NCBI GenBank assembly: GCA_965198115.1
Contig: OZ240241.1
Location: forward strand, 608,001 to 672,000
Direction: 5' to 3'
Length of the DNA stretch: 64,000 bases
Source of the DNA: Candidatus Latescibacterota bacterium
Lineage (GTDB): Bacteria > Latescibacterota > UBA2968
Shown here in pieces: positions 55,684-64,000 of this stretch. The notes under the pieces are model-generated. The model saw nothing but the letters and a program-made list of their open reading frames with translations, made no database searches and was not told the DNA's origin. How positions within the stretch are numbered: the first letter of the stretch is position 1; every line of letters starts with the position of its first letter. The position numbers were made by a program, and so were the translations under genes.

Positions 55684-55769
55684 TCATGTCGAGCAGTATC
55701 TCCCAAGGGGTAAGGGGGGTGTAAAACCCGCGAGCGTTCGGATGTAGACCGGTAGGGTCGTTTTTTTCT

Positions 55770-56222
55770 TTGGCGGCCAAAAATAAAAATCGGGCGGTGA
55801 GCGTGACGAAAAAGGGGTCAAAAGGGGTCAAGAAACGGCCGAGCCCGGGGAGGGGGCGTAGACCGAAGCCTCTGGCTCTGCACGTGGTGGAGGGGACGTT
55901 TCGTCGCCATCGGCACGGTGATCTCGATGCGGTTGTCGTGGCCGACCTCGAGATCGATCCTCCGAAGCGGCTTCCGCGTAAGCGGTTGCGGGAGCTGTGG
56001 GACCGGTATATCCGCACGGCATTTTGGCTGACGGACCACGACGGCCCGTCGGCGTATATGTGGGTGGTGCTGCAGGAGGAGTTCGAAAAGAATCCGAATA
56101 TGATAGCCTCGCGTATCGCGCAGCTCCGAGGGTTGGGAGCGGAGCTGGGGTTGAGCTATCGGAACAAGGCCCAAACCAGACCTGAAGGCCCGGAGTCGGA
56201 CAATGCCCGTTTCTTCGCGTAA
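55770..56222 (+). CDS. Terminase small subunit
   Basis: GRRPKP..LHVVEGT...PPKRL...ELGLS, upstream of the large subunit. Start uncertain. Confidence 0.8.
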   Translation: MAAKNKNRAVSVTKKGSKGVKKRPSPGRGRRPKPLALHVVEGTFRRHRHGDLDAVVVADLEIDPPKRLPRKRLRELWDRYIRTAFWLTDHDGPSAYMWVVLQEEFEKNPNMIASRIAQLRGLGAELGLSYRNKAQTRPEGPESDNARFFA

Positions 56223-57993
56223 GGGTCCGGCGTGTCCGGACCCGGTCACGTCGTATGCGCGGGCGGTGTTGCGGAAGCGCAAGCCGATTGTCGCCGGTCC
56301 TTACGTGCGTGGGGCGTGCCGACGCCACCTGCGCGATCTGAAAGCGAAAGATCGGGGGCTGCGGTGGGACTGCTCCTCGGCTCTGCGCGCCATCGCGTTT
56401 TTTCGGGACGTGCTGCGCCTGAACTCCGGGGCGTATGAGGGTAAGCCGTTCGTCCTTCTGCCGTGGCAGTGCTTCTTGGTGGGGTCTTTGTTCGGATGGA
56501 AGCAGGAGGATGGGTATCGCCGGTTCCGCCGCGCCTATATCGAGGGGGGGAAGGGCTGTGGGAAGACGCCTCTTTGCGCGGGCATCGGGCTGTATATGCT
56601 GTGCGCGGACGAGGAGCCGCGCGCGGAGGTGTATGTGGCGGCTTACAACCAGGACCAGGCCAAGGTGATGTTCCGGGACGCGGTGGCGATGGTGGAGCAG
56701 TCGCCGGACCTGTCGTCTCGTCTGCATCTCTCCGGCGGCCAGGAGAAGGACAACATCGCATATGTGAAGACGGGGTCGTTCTTCCGTCCGATCTCGTCGG
56801 AACGCCAGGGGCGGGGCAAGTCGGGCCCGAAGCCGCACTGCGCGTTGCTGGACGAGGTCCACGAGCATCCGACGAACGCGACGGTGGAGTTTTTGGCCGC
56901 CGGCGTGAAGGAGCGGAAGCAGCCGCTGACGGTAATGACCACGAATAGCGGGTCGGATCACGAGGGGGTGTGCTGGGAATATCACGAGTATGGACGCAAG
57001 GTTGCCGACGGCACGCTCGAGGACGACGGGTTTTTCTCGTATGTGTGTGCCCTGGACGAGGGCGAGGACCCGTTTGCGGACGAGGCGTGCTGGGAGAAGG
57101 TGAACCCGAGTCTTCCATCGATCCCGGGTTACGATTACCTGCGCCAGCAGGTGCGTCCGGCGCGGTCGATACTGTCTCAGGCGGCCGTGGTGCGGCGTCT
57201 GAACTTTTGCCAGTGGCGTTCTGATGGCACGGAAGCGTGGGTTTTGGAGGATCTGTGGCGTTCGTGCCAGAGCGACGCTCTGGATTTGGGGGATTATGAG
57301 GGCGCCCCCTGCGTCGGCGGCCTGGACCTGTCGCTGTCGAGTGCCCTGACGGCGCTCGTGCTGGCGTTCGAGGCCGGAGCGACCGGAGCGTCCGGTGCGG
57401 GCGGCGAGCGTGCTTGGGACGTGTTTTCGTGGTTTTGGATGCCGGGAGATCGGCTTTTCGAGTTCGAACAAAATGATGGTGTAGTCGGCCAGTATCAGGC
57501 GTGGAAAGAGGCCGGACATCTGTTTGCCCCTGCCGGCAGGGTGATCGACTACGGTCACGCGGCCGACCTGATCGTCAAGCTGTGTGCCCGTTTCGACGTG
57601 CAAGCCATCGCTTACGACCGCGCCAAGATCGAGCTCTTGCGGGCCGAACTCGACAAGCTGAGCGCCGACGTGCCGCTGATCGAGCACGGTCAGGGTTTCT
57701 ACAAGGCCAAAGATACGGGCCTGTGGATGCCGGGGTCGATCGAGGCGACGGAGGCGGCGATGCTGGAAGGGCGTCTTCGTGTAAGTGCGAATCCGGTGTT
57801 GAGCTTGTGCGTGGCCAACACGCAATGCAAGCCTTCGTCGATCAACCCTTCTGATCGACACTTCGACAAGCGGAAGTCGTCGGGCCGCATCGACGGGTCC
57901 GTGGCGCTGGTGCAGGCAATCGGGGCGGCGTGCTACGCCGACCTCAAGCCGAAAGCGAGTATCTACAACGAGCGCGGGCTGCTGGTGATCTAA
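56203..57993 (+). CDS. Terminase large subunit
   Basis: GKGCGKT, LLDEVHEH, GLDLS, RIDGSVA. Confidence 0.95.
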   Translation: MPVSSRKGPACPDPVTSYARAVLRKRKPIVAGPYVRGACRRHLRDLKAKDRGLRWDCSSALRAIAFFRDVLRLNSGAYEGKPFVLLPWQCFLVGSLFGWKQEDGYRRFRRAYIEGGKGCGKTPLCAGIGLYMLCADEEPRAEVYVAAYNQDQAKVMFRDAVAMVEQSPDLSSRLHLSGGQEKDNIAYVKTGSFFRPISSERQGRGKSGPKPHCALLDEVHEHPTNATVEFLAAGVKERKQPLTVMTTNSGSDHEGVCWEYHEYGRKVADGTLEDDGFFSYVCALDEGEDPFADEACWEKVNPSLPSIPGYDYLRQQVRPARSILSQAAVVRRLNFCQWRSDGTEAWVLEDLWRSCQSDALDLGDYEGAPCVGGLDLSLSSALTALVLAFEAGATGASGAGGERAWDVFSWFWMPGDRLFEFEQNDGVVGQYQAWKEAGHLFAPAGRVIDYGHAADLIVKLCARFDVQAIAYDRAKIELLRAELDKLSADVPLIEHGQGFYKAKDTGLWMPGSIEATEAAMLEGRLRVSANPVLSLCVANTQCKPSSINPSDRHFDKRKSSGRIDGSVALVQAIGAACYADLKPKASIYNERGLLVI

Positions 57994-57994
57994 A

Positions 57995-58147
57995 ATGCGA
58001 AGGAGAGCGGCGATAGCGGTCTATGGTTTCCTGGGCGTGGGGGTCGTGTCGTGCGGCCTCTACCAGTGGTGGGCGCCGTCGGCGTGGATGTTCGCCGGAG
58101 CGTGTTTCATCGTCGACGCTTTGCTGCTGAAGCGGGAGAGCCGGTGA
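57995..58147 (+). CDS. 50-aa 2-TM protein (not in the ORF track)
   Basis: MRRRAAIAVYGFLGVGVVSCGLYQWWAPSAWMFAGACFIVDALLLKRESR, TGATG overlap with the portal gene. Confidence 0.7.
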   Translation: MRRRAAIAVYGFLGVGVVSCGLYQWWAPSAWMFAGACFIVDALLLKRESR

Positions 58148-59439
58148 TGCTGAGCTTCCTGATCGAGCGCCGGGCGAGTAAAACGGCGGGTGTGGCGCTG
58201 TCACACCCGGTCTTAGCCGAATGGCTGGGCTCGGGCCCGATGAGCGCGGCGGGGCAGGCGGTGACGGTGAACACGGCGCTGCAGGCCTCGGCCGTCTATG
58301 CGTGTGTGCGCAACACGGCCGAGACGATCGCGTCGCTGCCGTGTGTGCTCAAGCGTGTCTCGCGTGACGAGGGCGGCCGCAAGCGGAGCGAGGACGCCGT
58401 CGGTCACCCGCTGTTTTCGGTGCTGCTGGAAACGCCGAACGCCTGGCAGACAGCGTTCGACTACTGGGAGATGGTGGTGGAGCACCTGGAGCTGCGCGGC
58501 AACCACTACGCGCGTGTCGTGCGCGACGGGAACGGGCAGACGGTGGCGCTAGAGCCGCTGCACCCCGACCGCGTGCGTCCCCTCTGGTCCAATGGGCGTC
58601 CGGCCTATGAAGTCCAGCCGAGGAAAGAAACAGGCAGGTCGGGGCGTGACATCCTGCTTTCCGATGAGATGTTTCACATACGGGGTCCGCTGCAGGGCGA
58701 CGGGCTTTTGGGTTCTTCGCCGATCCATATGCACCGCGAGACGATCGGACTGGCGCTGGCGGCGCGTAACTACGGCGCGCGGTTTTTTGCCAACGACGCG
58801 CGACCTTCTGGTGCGCTGACGGTGTTGGGGACGCTGGATGAAGAAGGGCACAAACGGCTGGCCCGGGAGTGGAAGGCCGCCTACGGCGGGGAGAACCGTC
58901 ACGGGACGGCCATCCTCGAAGAGGGAACGAAATATGAAAGCATCGCTATGTCGAACCAGGACGCCCAGTTCCTGGAGTTGATCGGGGCCACGGACCTGCA
59001 GATCGCGCGGCTGTTTCGGACGCCGCCCTACAAGATCGGGATCATTGAAAAGTCGACGCTCAACAACGTGGAGCAACAGAACCGGGCCTGGGTGACGGAC
59101 AAGCTGGCGCCGTTGGCTGAGCGTATCGAGGACGCCATCGCCCGGGACCTGCTGACGACGCGGGGCCGCCGCTCCCTCACGGCGCGGTTCGACTTCGCCG
59201 AACTGCTGCGGGGTGACATCAAGACGCGCACCGAAGCTAATGCCAAAAACATCCAGTGGGGCGTCCTGTCTCCCAACGACGTGCGGGAGCGCGAAGGCCT
59301 CAACCCGATCGGTCCCGAAGGCGACCTGTATGTGTCGCCGCTGAACATGCAGCCGATGGCCGCGCTCCTTTCCGCGCTGGAAGGGTCCGGCGGGTCCGGC
59401 GACGTTGAGCCTGAAGAAGAGGAGGAAGACGATGCCTGA
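58147..59439 (+). CDS. HK97-family portal protein
   Basis: AVYACVR..AETIASLP, PNAWQT, DAQFLE, IARLFR.PP, PNDVR. Confidence 0.95.
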   Translation: MLSFLIERRASKTAGVALSHPVLAEWLGSGPMSAAGQAVTVNTALQASAVYACVRNTAETIASLPCVLKRVSRDEGGRKRSEDAVGHPLFSVLLETPNAWQTAFDYWEMVVEHLELRGNHYARVVRDGNGQTVALEPLHPDRVRPLWSNGRPAYEVQPRKETGRSGRDILLSDEMFHIRGPLQGDGLLGSSPIHMHRETIGLALAARNYGARFFANDARPSGALTVLGTLDEEGHKRLAREWKAAYGGENRHGTAILEEGTKYESIAMSNQDAQFLELIGATDLQIARLFRTPPYKIGIIEKSTLNNVEQQNRAWVTDKLAPLAERIEDAIARDLLTTRGRRSLTARFDFAELLRGDIKTRTEANAKNIQWGVLSPNDVREREGLNPIGPEGDLYVSPLNMQPMAALLSALEGSGGSGDVEPEEEEEDDA

Positions 59440-60043
59440 GAGGAAGACGATGCCTGAAATGGAACGCCGATCGTTTCCCGGCGTGGAGGTGCGCGCCGAG
59501 GCCGCCGACGGCGAGGACATGCCCGCGATCGTGGGGCGCGCCGCCGTGTTCGACGCGTTGAGCGAGGAGATGTGGGGGTTCCGCGAAAGGATCGAAAAGG
59601 GGGCGTTTGCGGCCACGATCGCAGAAGACGACATCCGGGCGCTCGTCAACCACAGCCCCAACTACGTGCTGGGGCGCAACCGCTCTTCGACGCTGTCCCT
59701 GGCCGAAGACGACGACGGCCTGTCGGTGCGTATCGAGCCGCCGGATACGCGGTATACCCGCGACCTGGTGACGTCGATCGAGCGGAGCGACGTCTCGGGC
59801 ATGTCGATCGGGTTTCAGACCCTTACCGACGAATGGAACGTCGAGGATGGCGACCCGGTCAGGACGCTCAAGGCCGTGCGTCTGTTCGACGTGTCGGTGG
59901 TGACGTTCCCCGCCTATCCGCAGACCGACGTGGCGCTCAGGTCCCTTGTGGCGTTTCGGGAGCGATCGGCACGACCGATGCGATCGGTGCGGCGGGAGCT
60001 GGACCTGATGGAAGCCGGCTACGGCGTCAGGAGGGCGACGTGA
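59432..60043 (+). CDS. HK97-family prohead protease
   Basis: GFRERIEKGAF, ALVNH, GMSIGF, DVSVVTFPAY. Confidence 0.93.
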   Translation: MPERKTMPEMERRSFPGVEVRAEAADGEDMPAIVGRAAVFDALSEEMWGFRERIEKGAFAATIAEDDIRALVNHSPNYVLGRNRSSTLSLAEDDDGLSVRIEPPDTRYTRDLVTSIERSDVSGMSIGFQTLTDEWNVEDGDPVRTLKAVRLFDVSVVTFPAYPQTDVALRSLVAFRERSARPMRSVRRELDLMEAGYGVRRAT

Positions 60044-60199
60044 ACAGCGCGGCCCGTGGGACGGGAAGCGCGAGGTGCCGGAGGCTGTCGTGCAGGCCGC
60101 CGACATCCGGGAATGCCCCGAGCAGCTCCGTTGAGGACACATGGAAGACCATCTGCGGCAAGCCGGTATCGACAACCTGATCAAGGAAGGAGATGGAAG

Positions 60200-61432
60200 A
60201 TGAAGATAAAAGATCTGCTGGAGAAGCGGGCCCAGGTCGTGGCCGAGGCGCGAGCCATCGTCGACGGCATCGAGGCCGAGGAGAAGGAACGGGAGTTCAC
60301 CGCCGAGGAGCGGTCGAAGTATGATGCGCTGCTGGAGAAGGCCGGGCAGTTGACCGACCAGATTCAGGACGAGGAGCGTAAGCAGGAGCTCGCGCGCCAG
60401 GAGGCCGCGATCGACGCCGGAAACCCTGCCTCAGGAGGACAGCCCGAGACACGGGACCAGGCGGTGCTGCAAATGGACGGCTTCCGGTCGTGGATCACCC
60501 ACGGCATGGAAGCCGAGCGGCGCGACCCCGACGCCTTCTCCGAGTTCCGCGCGCAGTCTGTCGGTGTCGACACCGAGGGCGGGTATCTGGTCGCACCCCA
60601 GGAGTTCGTCAATGAGCTCATTCGCAACATCGACGATATGACCTACATCCGCTCCTGGGCGACCGTGCGGCGGCTGACGATGGCCACGAGCCTTGGCGTG
60701 CCCACCCTGGAATCGAGCCTCGACGATTACGCGTGGACCACGGAGATCGCGCCCGCAGCCGAAGACGAGGGTCTTCGCATCGGGAAGCGCGAGCTTCATC
60801 CGCAGCCGCTGGCGAAGCTGTTAAAGATGTCGAACCGGCTGCTCCGGCTGTCCGCCCAGGACGTCGACGGGCTGGTGCGCTCGGAGATGGCCCTCATCCT
60901 GGGCTATACCTACGAGAAGGCGTTCCTGATCGGCTCCGGCGCGAACCAGCCGCTCGGCGTGTTCACCGCGTCTTCCGACGGCATCCCGACGTCGCGCGAC
61001 GTGGCCACGGATAACACCGCTGTCGCCGTCACCACCGACGGCCTGATCGAGGCGAAGTTCGCGCTCAAGGCCGGCCACCGGCGCAACGCCCGCTGGCTGT
61101 TCCACAGAGACGCCATCAAGATGATCGCCAAGCTCAAGGACTCCGACGCCCAGTATATCTGGTCCGGGGCGGTGCGCGAGGGCGAGCCCGACAGGCTGCT
61201 GGGGCTGCCCTACTTCGAGAGCGAGTTCGCGCCCAACACGTTCACCACCGGACTCTACGTCGGCATCCTCGGCGACTTTTCCTACTACTGGATTGCCGAG
61301 GAAGCCTCGCTCCAGATCCAGCGCCTGAGCGAGCTGTTCGCCCGCACCGACCAGACCGGTCTCATCGCGCGCCCCTACATTGACGCCATGCCGGTGCTCG
61401 CCGAGGCGTTCGTGCGCGTCAAACTCAGCTGA
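60200..61432 (+). CDS. HK97-family major capsid protein
   Basis: N-terminal coiled-coil delta domain, GGYLVAP, GSGANQPLG, KLKDSD, LLGLP, GDFSYY. Confidence 0.95.
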   Translation: MKIKDLLEKRAQVVAEARAIVDGIEAEEKEREFTAEERSKYDALLEKAGQLTDQIQDEERKQELARQEAAIDAGNPASGGQPETRDQAVLQMDGFRSWITHGMEAERRDPDAFSEFRAQSVGVDTEGGYLVAPQEFVNELIRNIDDMTYIRSWATVRRLTMATSLGVPTLESSLDDYAWTTEIAPAAEDEGLRIGKRELHPQPLAKLLKMSNRLLRLSAQDVDGLVRSEMALILGYTYEKAFLIGSGANQPLGVFTASSDGIPTSRDVATDNTAVAVTTDGLIEAKFALKAGHRRNARWLFHRDAIKMIAKLKDSDAQYIWSGAVREGEPDRLLGLPYFESEFAPNTFTTGLYVGILGDFSYYWIAEEASLQIQRLSELFARTDQTGLIARPYIDAMPVLAEAFVRVKLS

Positions 61433-61503
61433 GCTGACACGGCACGCGACGGTCAAGGCGGCCCGATGAAGGCACAACCTGAAAGAAACGACAGGAGAAA
61501 ACT

Positions 61504-61950
61504 ATGGAATCTCTTTTGCGCAGCACCCTCGTCACCCGCGTCAAAGACGCGGTCACGGCGGGAGTGACGAAAGTCAGCGACGCCACCGTCGTCGACATGC
61601 AGAACTACGAAGGCGTGATGTTCATCGCCCTGTTCGGGACGCTGACGGCCAACCAGGTCACGTCCATCCACGCCGAGCAGGGCAAGACGGCGGCCCTGAC
61701 CGACAAAAACGACCTGGAGGGCACCCTGGTCGGGCCTCTGGCTGACGCCGACGACAACAAGCTGCTGATCCTCGACGTCAAGAACCCGACAGAGCGCTAC
61801 GTGCGTCTGGTCGTGAACCGCAAGACCGCCAACGCCGTCGTCGACGGCATCATCGCCATCCAGTATGGGCCGCGCAAGAAACCGACGAAACAGGGCACGA
61901 CCGTCGGGGTGGCCGAAGTGCACACGGGGCCCGATGAAGGCACAGCCTAA
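61504..61950 (+). CDS. Putative capsid decoration protein
   Basis: VDMQNYEGV...RYVRLVV, directly after the capsid gene, RBS aggag. Confidence 0.6.
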   Translation: MESLLRSTLVTRVKDAVTAGVTKVSDATVVDMQNYEGVMFIALFGTLTANQVTSIHAEQGKTAALTDKNDLEGTLVGPLADADDNKLLILDVKNPTERYVRLVVNRKTANAVVDGIIAIQYGPRKKPTKQGTTVGVAEVHTGPDEGTA

Positions 61951-61962
61951 AAGGAGCTGACG

Positions 61963-62196
61963 ATGCGAATCAAAATGCTGGCGCACATGGCCGGCCCCGA
62001 GGTGTCCGCCCACGCCGGAGATGAGGTCGACGTGGACGACAAACAGGCCACCGCCCTCATCTCCGGCGGCTATGCCCAGGCCGTGAAAGTCTCGGCCGAG
62101 CAGGCGACGACCGGACCGGAAGAAAAGGCTGTGGATCCGCCGGAAGGCCCGGCGGTGAAAGCCAAGCCGCGCAAGAGGCGAACCCGACGCTCGTAA
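61963..62196 (+). CDS. Small head-associated protein
   Basis: MRIKML...AGDEVDV...LISGGYA. Confidence 0.65.
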   Translation: MRIKMLAHMAGPEVSAHAGDEVDVDDKQATALISGGYAQAVKVSAEQATTGPEEKAVDPPEGPAVKAKPRKRRTRRS

Positions 62197-62199
62197 AGG

Positions 62200-62790
62200 A
62201 TGCCGCTGCGCTACGCCCTCACGCAGGTCACGCCGCCTGCTCGTCCCCCGCTCGAGCGGGATAAGGCGAAGGTCCACCTCAACGTCGACACGGACGATCA
62301 GGACGAAGACGCCCTGATCGACGCCCTGATCCAGGCGGCGCGGCGTCAGGCCGAGGTGTTTACGGGCAGGTCCCTGATCACGCAGACCTGGGAGATGAGG
62401 CTCGACACCTTCCCGGCGTGGGAGATCGAGGTGCCGCGGCCGCCGCTTCTGTCCGTCGAGGGCATCGTCTACGTAGACGCCCTCGGGAAGGAAAAGACCT
62501 TGCCCGCCACGGCATACCGCGTGGATGGCAAAAGCGCGCCCGCACGCATCACGCCGGCCTACGGAGAAACCTGGCCCGCCGCGCAGCCCGTGACCGGCGC
62601 CGTGGTCGTGACCTTCAAGGCCGGCTACGGCGACGCTCCCGACGATGTGCCCGAGGACATCCGCCAAGCGATGCTGCTGATGGTCGGGCGGTGGTACAGA
62701 TACCGCGAGGACCTCGTCGACGCGCCAATGGCCAAGGTGCCGTTCGGAGCTGAGAGCCTTCTGCGCCCCTACAGGATCTGGAGGGTGTAG
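62200..62790 (+). CDS. Head-tail connector (gp6-like)
   Basis: AKVHLNVD..DED.LI..LI.AAR..AE.FTGRSLITQTW...VPEDIRQAML. Confidence 0.9.
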   Translation: MPLRYALTQVTPPARPPLERDKAKVHLNVDTDDQDEDALIDALIQAARRQAEVFTGRSLITQTWEMRLDTFPAWEIEVPRPPLLSVEGIVYVDALGKEKTLPATAYRVDGKSAPARITPAYGETWPAAQPVTGAVVVTFKAGYGDAPDDVPEDIRQAMLLMVGRWYRYREDLVDAPMAKVPFGAESLLRPYRIWRV

Positions 62791-63108
62791 ATGAAGCTCG
62801 CAGCCGGCAGTTTTGACAGGAAGATCACGCTGCAGACAAGGCGGGTCCCCGACCCACACGGCGCGCCTGTCGAGGTGTGGGTCGACTTGGCAACCGTGCG
62901 AGCGCAGGTCGTCCAGCGGTCCGGGCGCGAGTTCTTTGGCACCGATCAGCTGCAGGCCGAGGCCCGCGTCATCTTTCGCATAAGGTGGAGGCGCGGCGTC
63001 ACGGCACAAGACCGCGTCGTCTACGACGGCCGCGCGCACGACATCCACGCGGTGATCGAAACCGGCCGCAAGGACGGCCTGGAGCTCTACACCACAACGA
63101 CAGGATGA
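62791..63108 (+). CDS. Head closure / head-tail adaptor
   Basis: AGSFDRKITLQ...SGREFF...FRIRWR. Confidence 0.88.
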   Translation: MKLAAGSFDRKITLQTRRVPDPHGAPVEVWVDLATVRAQVVQRSGREFFGTDQLQAEARVIFRIRWRRGVTAQDRVVYDGRAHDIHAVIETGRKDGLELYTTTTG

Positions 63109-63110
63109 CG

Positions 63111-63551
63111 ATGAAGCGCGACCCCCACCTCTTAAGGTGGCTGCTGCTGGAATCCGAAAAACACGACGGCCCGTTCCTGTCCTCCGAGCTGTCGCATCAA
63201 TCACATCGGTCGCTCGACGGCTACGTCCCGGACGCTCCGGGGGCTCCGGTCGCACCGGCGCAGATTGCGGGCCACGCCCGGCTGCTCTCCGATGCCGGCT
63301 TTCTCGACGGCGCCGACGCCGCGACGATGGGGGGCGACGACTTCCTGATCCGGCGCGTGACGTTTTCCGGATACAACTTCCTCGACGCCGTTCGCGACGA
63401 GAGAACGTGGCGGGAGACCTGCGACAGGATCAAAGCGGCCGGAGGGTCCGGTCCCTCCGGAGGAGGGTTCGACGTAGATCTGATCAAGGACGTAGCCGCC
63501 CTGATCGTCAGGGAAAACCTCGGGTTGGCAGGCGATGGCAACGAAGGTTGA
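63111..63551 (+). CDS. DUF2513-like winged-helix protein
   Basis: MKRDPHLLRWLLL...H..LL.DAG...TFSGYNFLDAVRD..TW. Confidence 0.8.
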   Translation: MKRDPHLLRWLLLESEKHDGPFLSSELSHQSHRSLDGYVPDAPGAPVAPAQIAGHARLLSDAGFLDGADAATMGGDDFLIRRVTFSGYNFLDAVRDERTWRETCDRIKAAGGSGPSGGGFDVDLIKDVAALIVRENLGLAGDGNEG

Positions 63552-63945
63552 CCAAGAGATCGAGGATCGGCTGACAAACTTCGCAGGGCTGACCGCGCTG
63601 GCCCAGCACATCCGCTGGGGCCGGCTCGCCCAGGATGACGTCCTGCCCGCCGTGGTCCTCCAGTGGACGGGTGGCGGCTACCGCGACCGGGCGATGGGAA
63701 CGGACACGGGCGACGTGCGGGCGCGCCTGCAAGCCAGCTGCTGGGCCGAACGGTATGACGTCGTCGTCCGCGTCGCCGAGCAGGTGCGTCTGGCGCTCAC
63801 ACGCTTTCCGGTGCGCGACGCCGCCTACGCCGGCGACGTCCAGGACGTCTATCTCGACAACGAGATCGATCTCTATGAAGAAGACACAGAAACCTACCAC
63901 CGCGCCCTCGACTTCGAGGTCGTGTATACGGAGACACCGGCATGA
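63535..63945 (+). CDS. Tail terminator/completion protein (DUF3168-like)
   Basis: LPAVV...ARLQASCWAERY...VRLAL...YHRALDF. Confidence 0.8.
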   Translation: MATKVDQEIEDRLTNFAGLTALAQHIRWGRLAQDDVLPAVVLQWTGGGYRDRAMGTDTGDVRARLQASCWAERYDVVVRVAEQVRLALTRFPVRDAAYAGDVQDVYLDNEIDLYEEDTETYHRALDFEVVYTETPA

Positions 63946-64000
63946 TCGCGCGTGACCAGAACGTGTGGCTCGGCGGCTACGACCTCACCGGCGTGATGAA
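63942..64000 (+). CDS. Probable major tail protein, partial
   Basis: MIARDQNVWLGGYDLTG directly after the tail terminator gene. Confidence 0.55.
   Translation, partial: MIARDQNVWLGGYDLTGVM

Larger units (their letters stand above)
33647..64000. mobile_element. Temperate HK97-type siphovirus-like prophage, continuing beyond the window
   Basis: Integrase next to a tRNA, divergent cI/cro, replication, lysis, and terminase-portal-protease-capsid-neck-tail gene order. Confidence 0.95.

Noticed and set aside
55666-55686. LexA (SOS) box upstream of hicA
   Set aside because: CTGT is present but the ACAG half-site is not, and a HicB operator fits better
55828-57861. Long antisense ORFs (677 aa here, also 61453..63255 and 8651..10066)
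   Set aside because: Shadow frames of GC-rich genuine genes with no recognisable motifs

Overview
The window has three parts. (1) Bases 1 to about 30.7 kb are a heavily decayed, IS-rich region with IS256 x4, ISL3 x2, IS3 x2, IS630, IS1380 and an ISNCY/IS21-like element, plus relics of a resolvase, RepA and integrases. A few genes are intact (ybjN-like/pspA pair, katG, a DRG-type GTPase). It ends in a tyrosine integrase and a tRNA-Pro(TGG) 3' fragment, which suggests the att end of an old genomic island. (2) About 30.9-33.6 kb is a short host operon (DUF5069-like, beta-hydroxyacid dehydrogenase, PilZ, YqaA/DedA) and an intact tRNA-Pro(CGG). (3) From 33.65 kb to the window end is a temperate HK97-type siphovirus-like prophage with integrase, accessory genes, cI/cro, recombination, replication, ParB, lysis and head-spike genes, hicAB, terminase, portal, protease, capsid, neck and the start of a tail gene. 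The most striking unexplained signal is an 83-84 nt three-hairpin element present twice in the prophage late region (50054-50168 and 52488-52607). Each copy starts at a stop codon and overlaps an intrinsic terminator whose 3' arm differs between copies but keeps pairing. This is a riboswitch/antiterminator-like architecture in a phage with no recognisable Q gene. The host may be Latescibacterota-like (weak inference from protein families). Many frameshifts could be real decay or long-read error. All protein family assignments are from motif recognition, not database searches.
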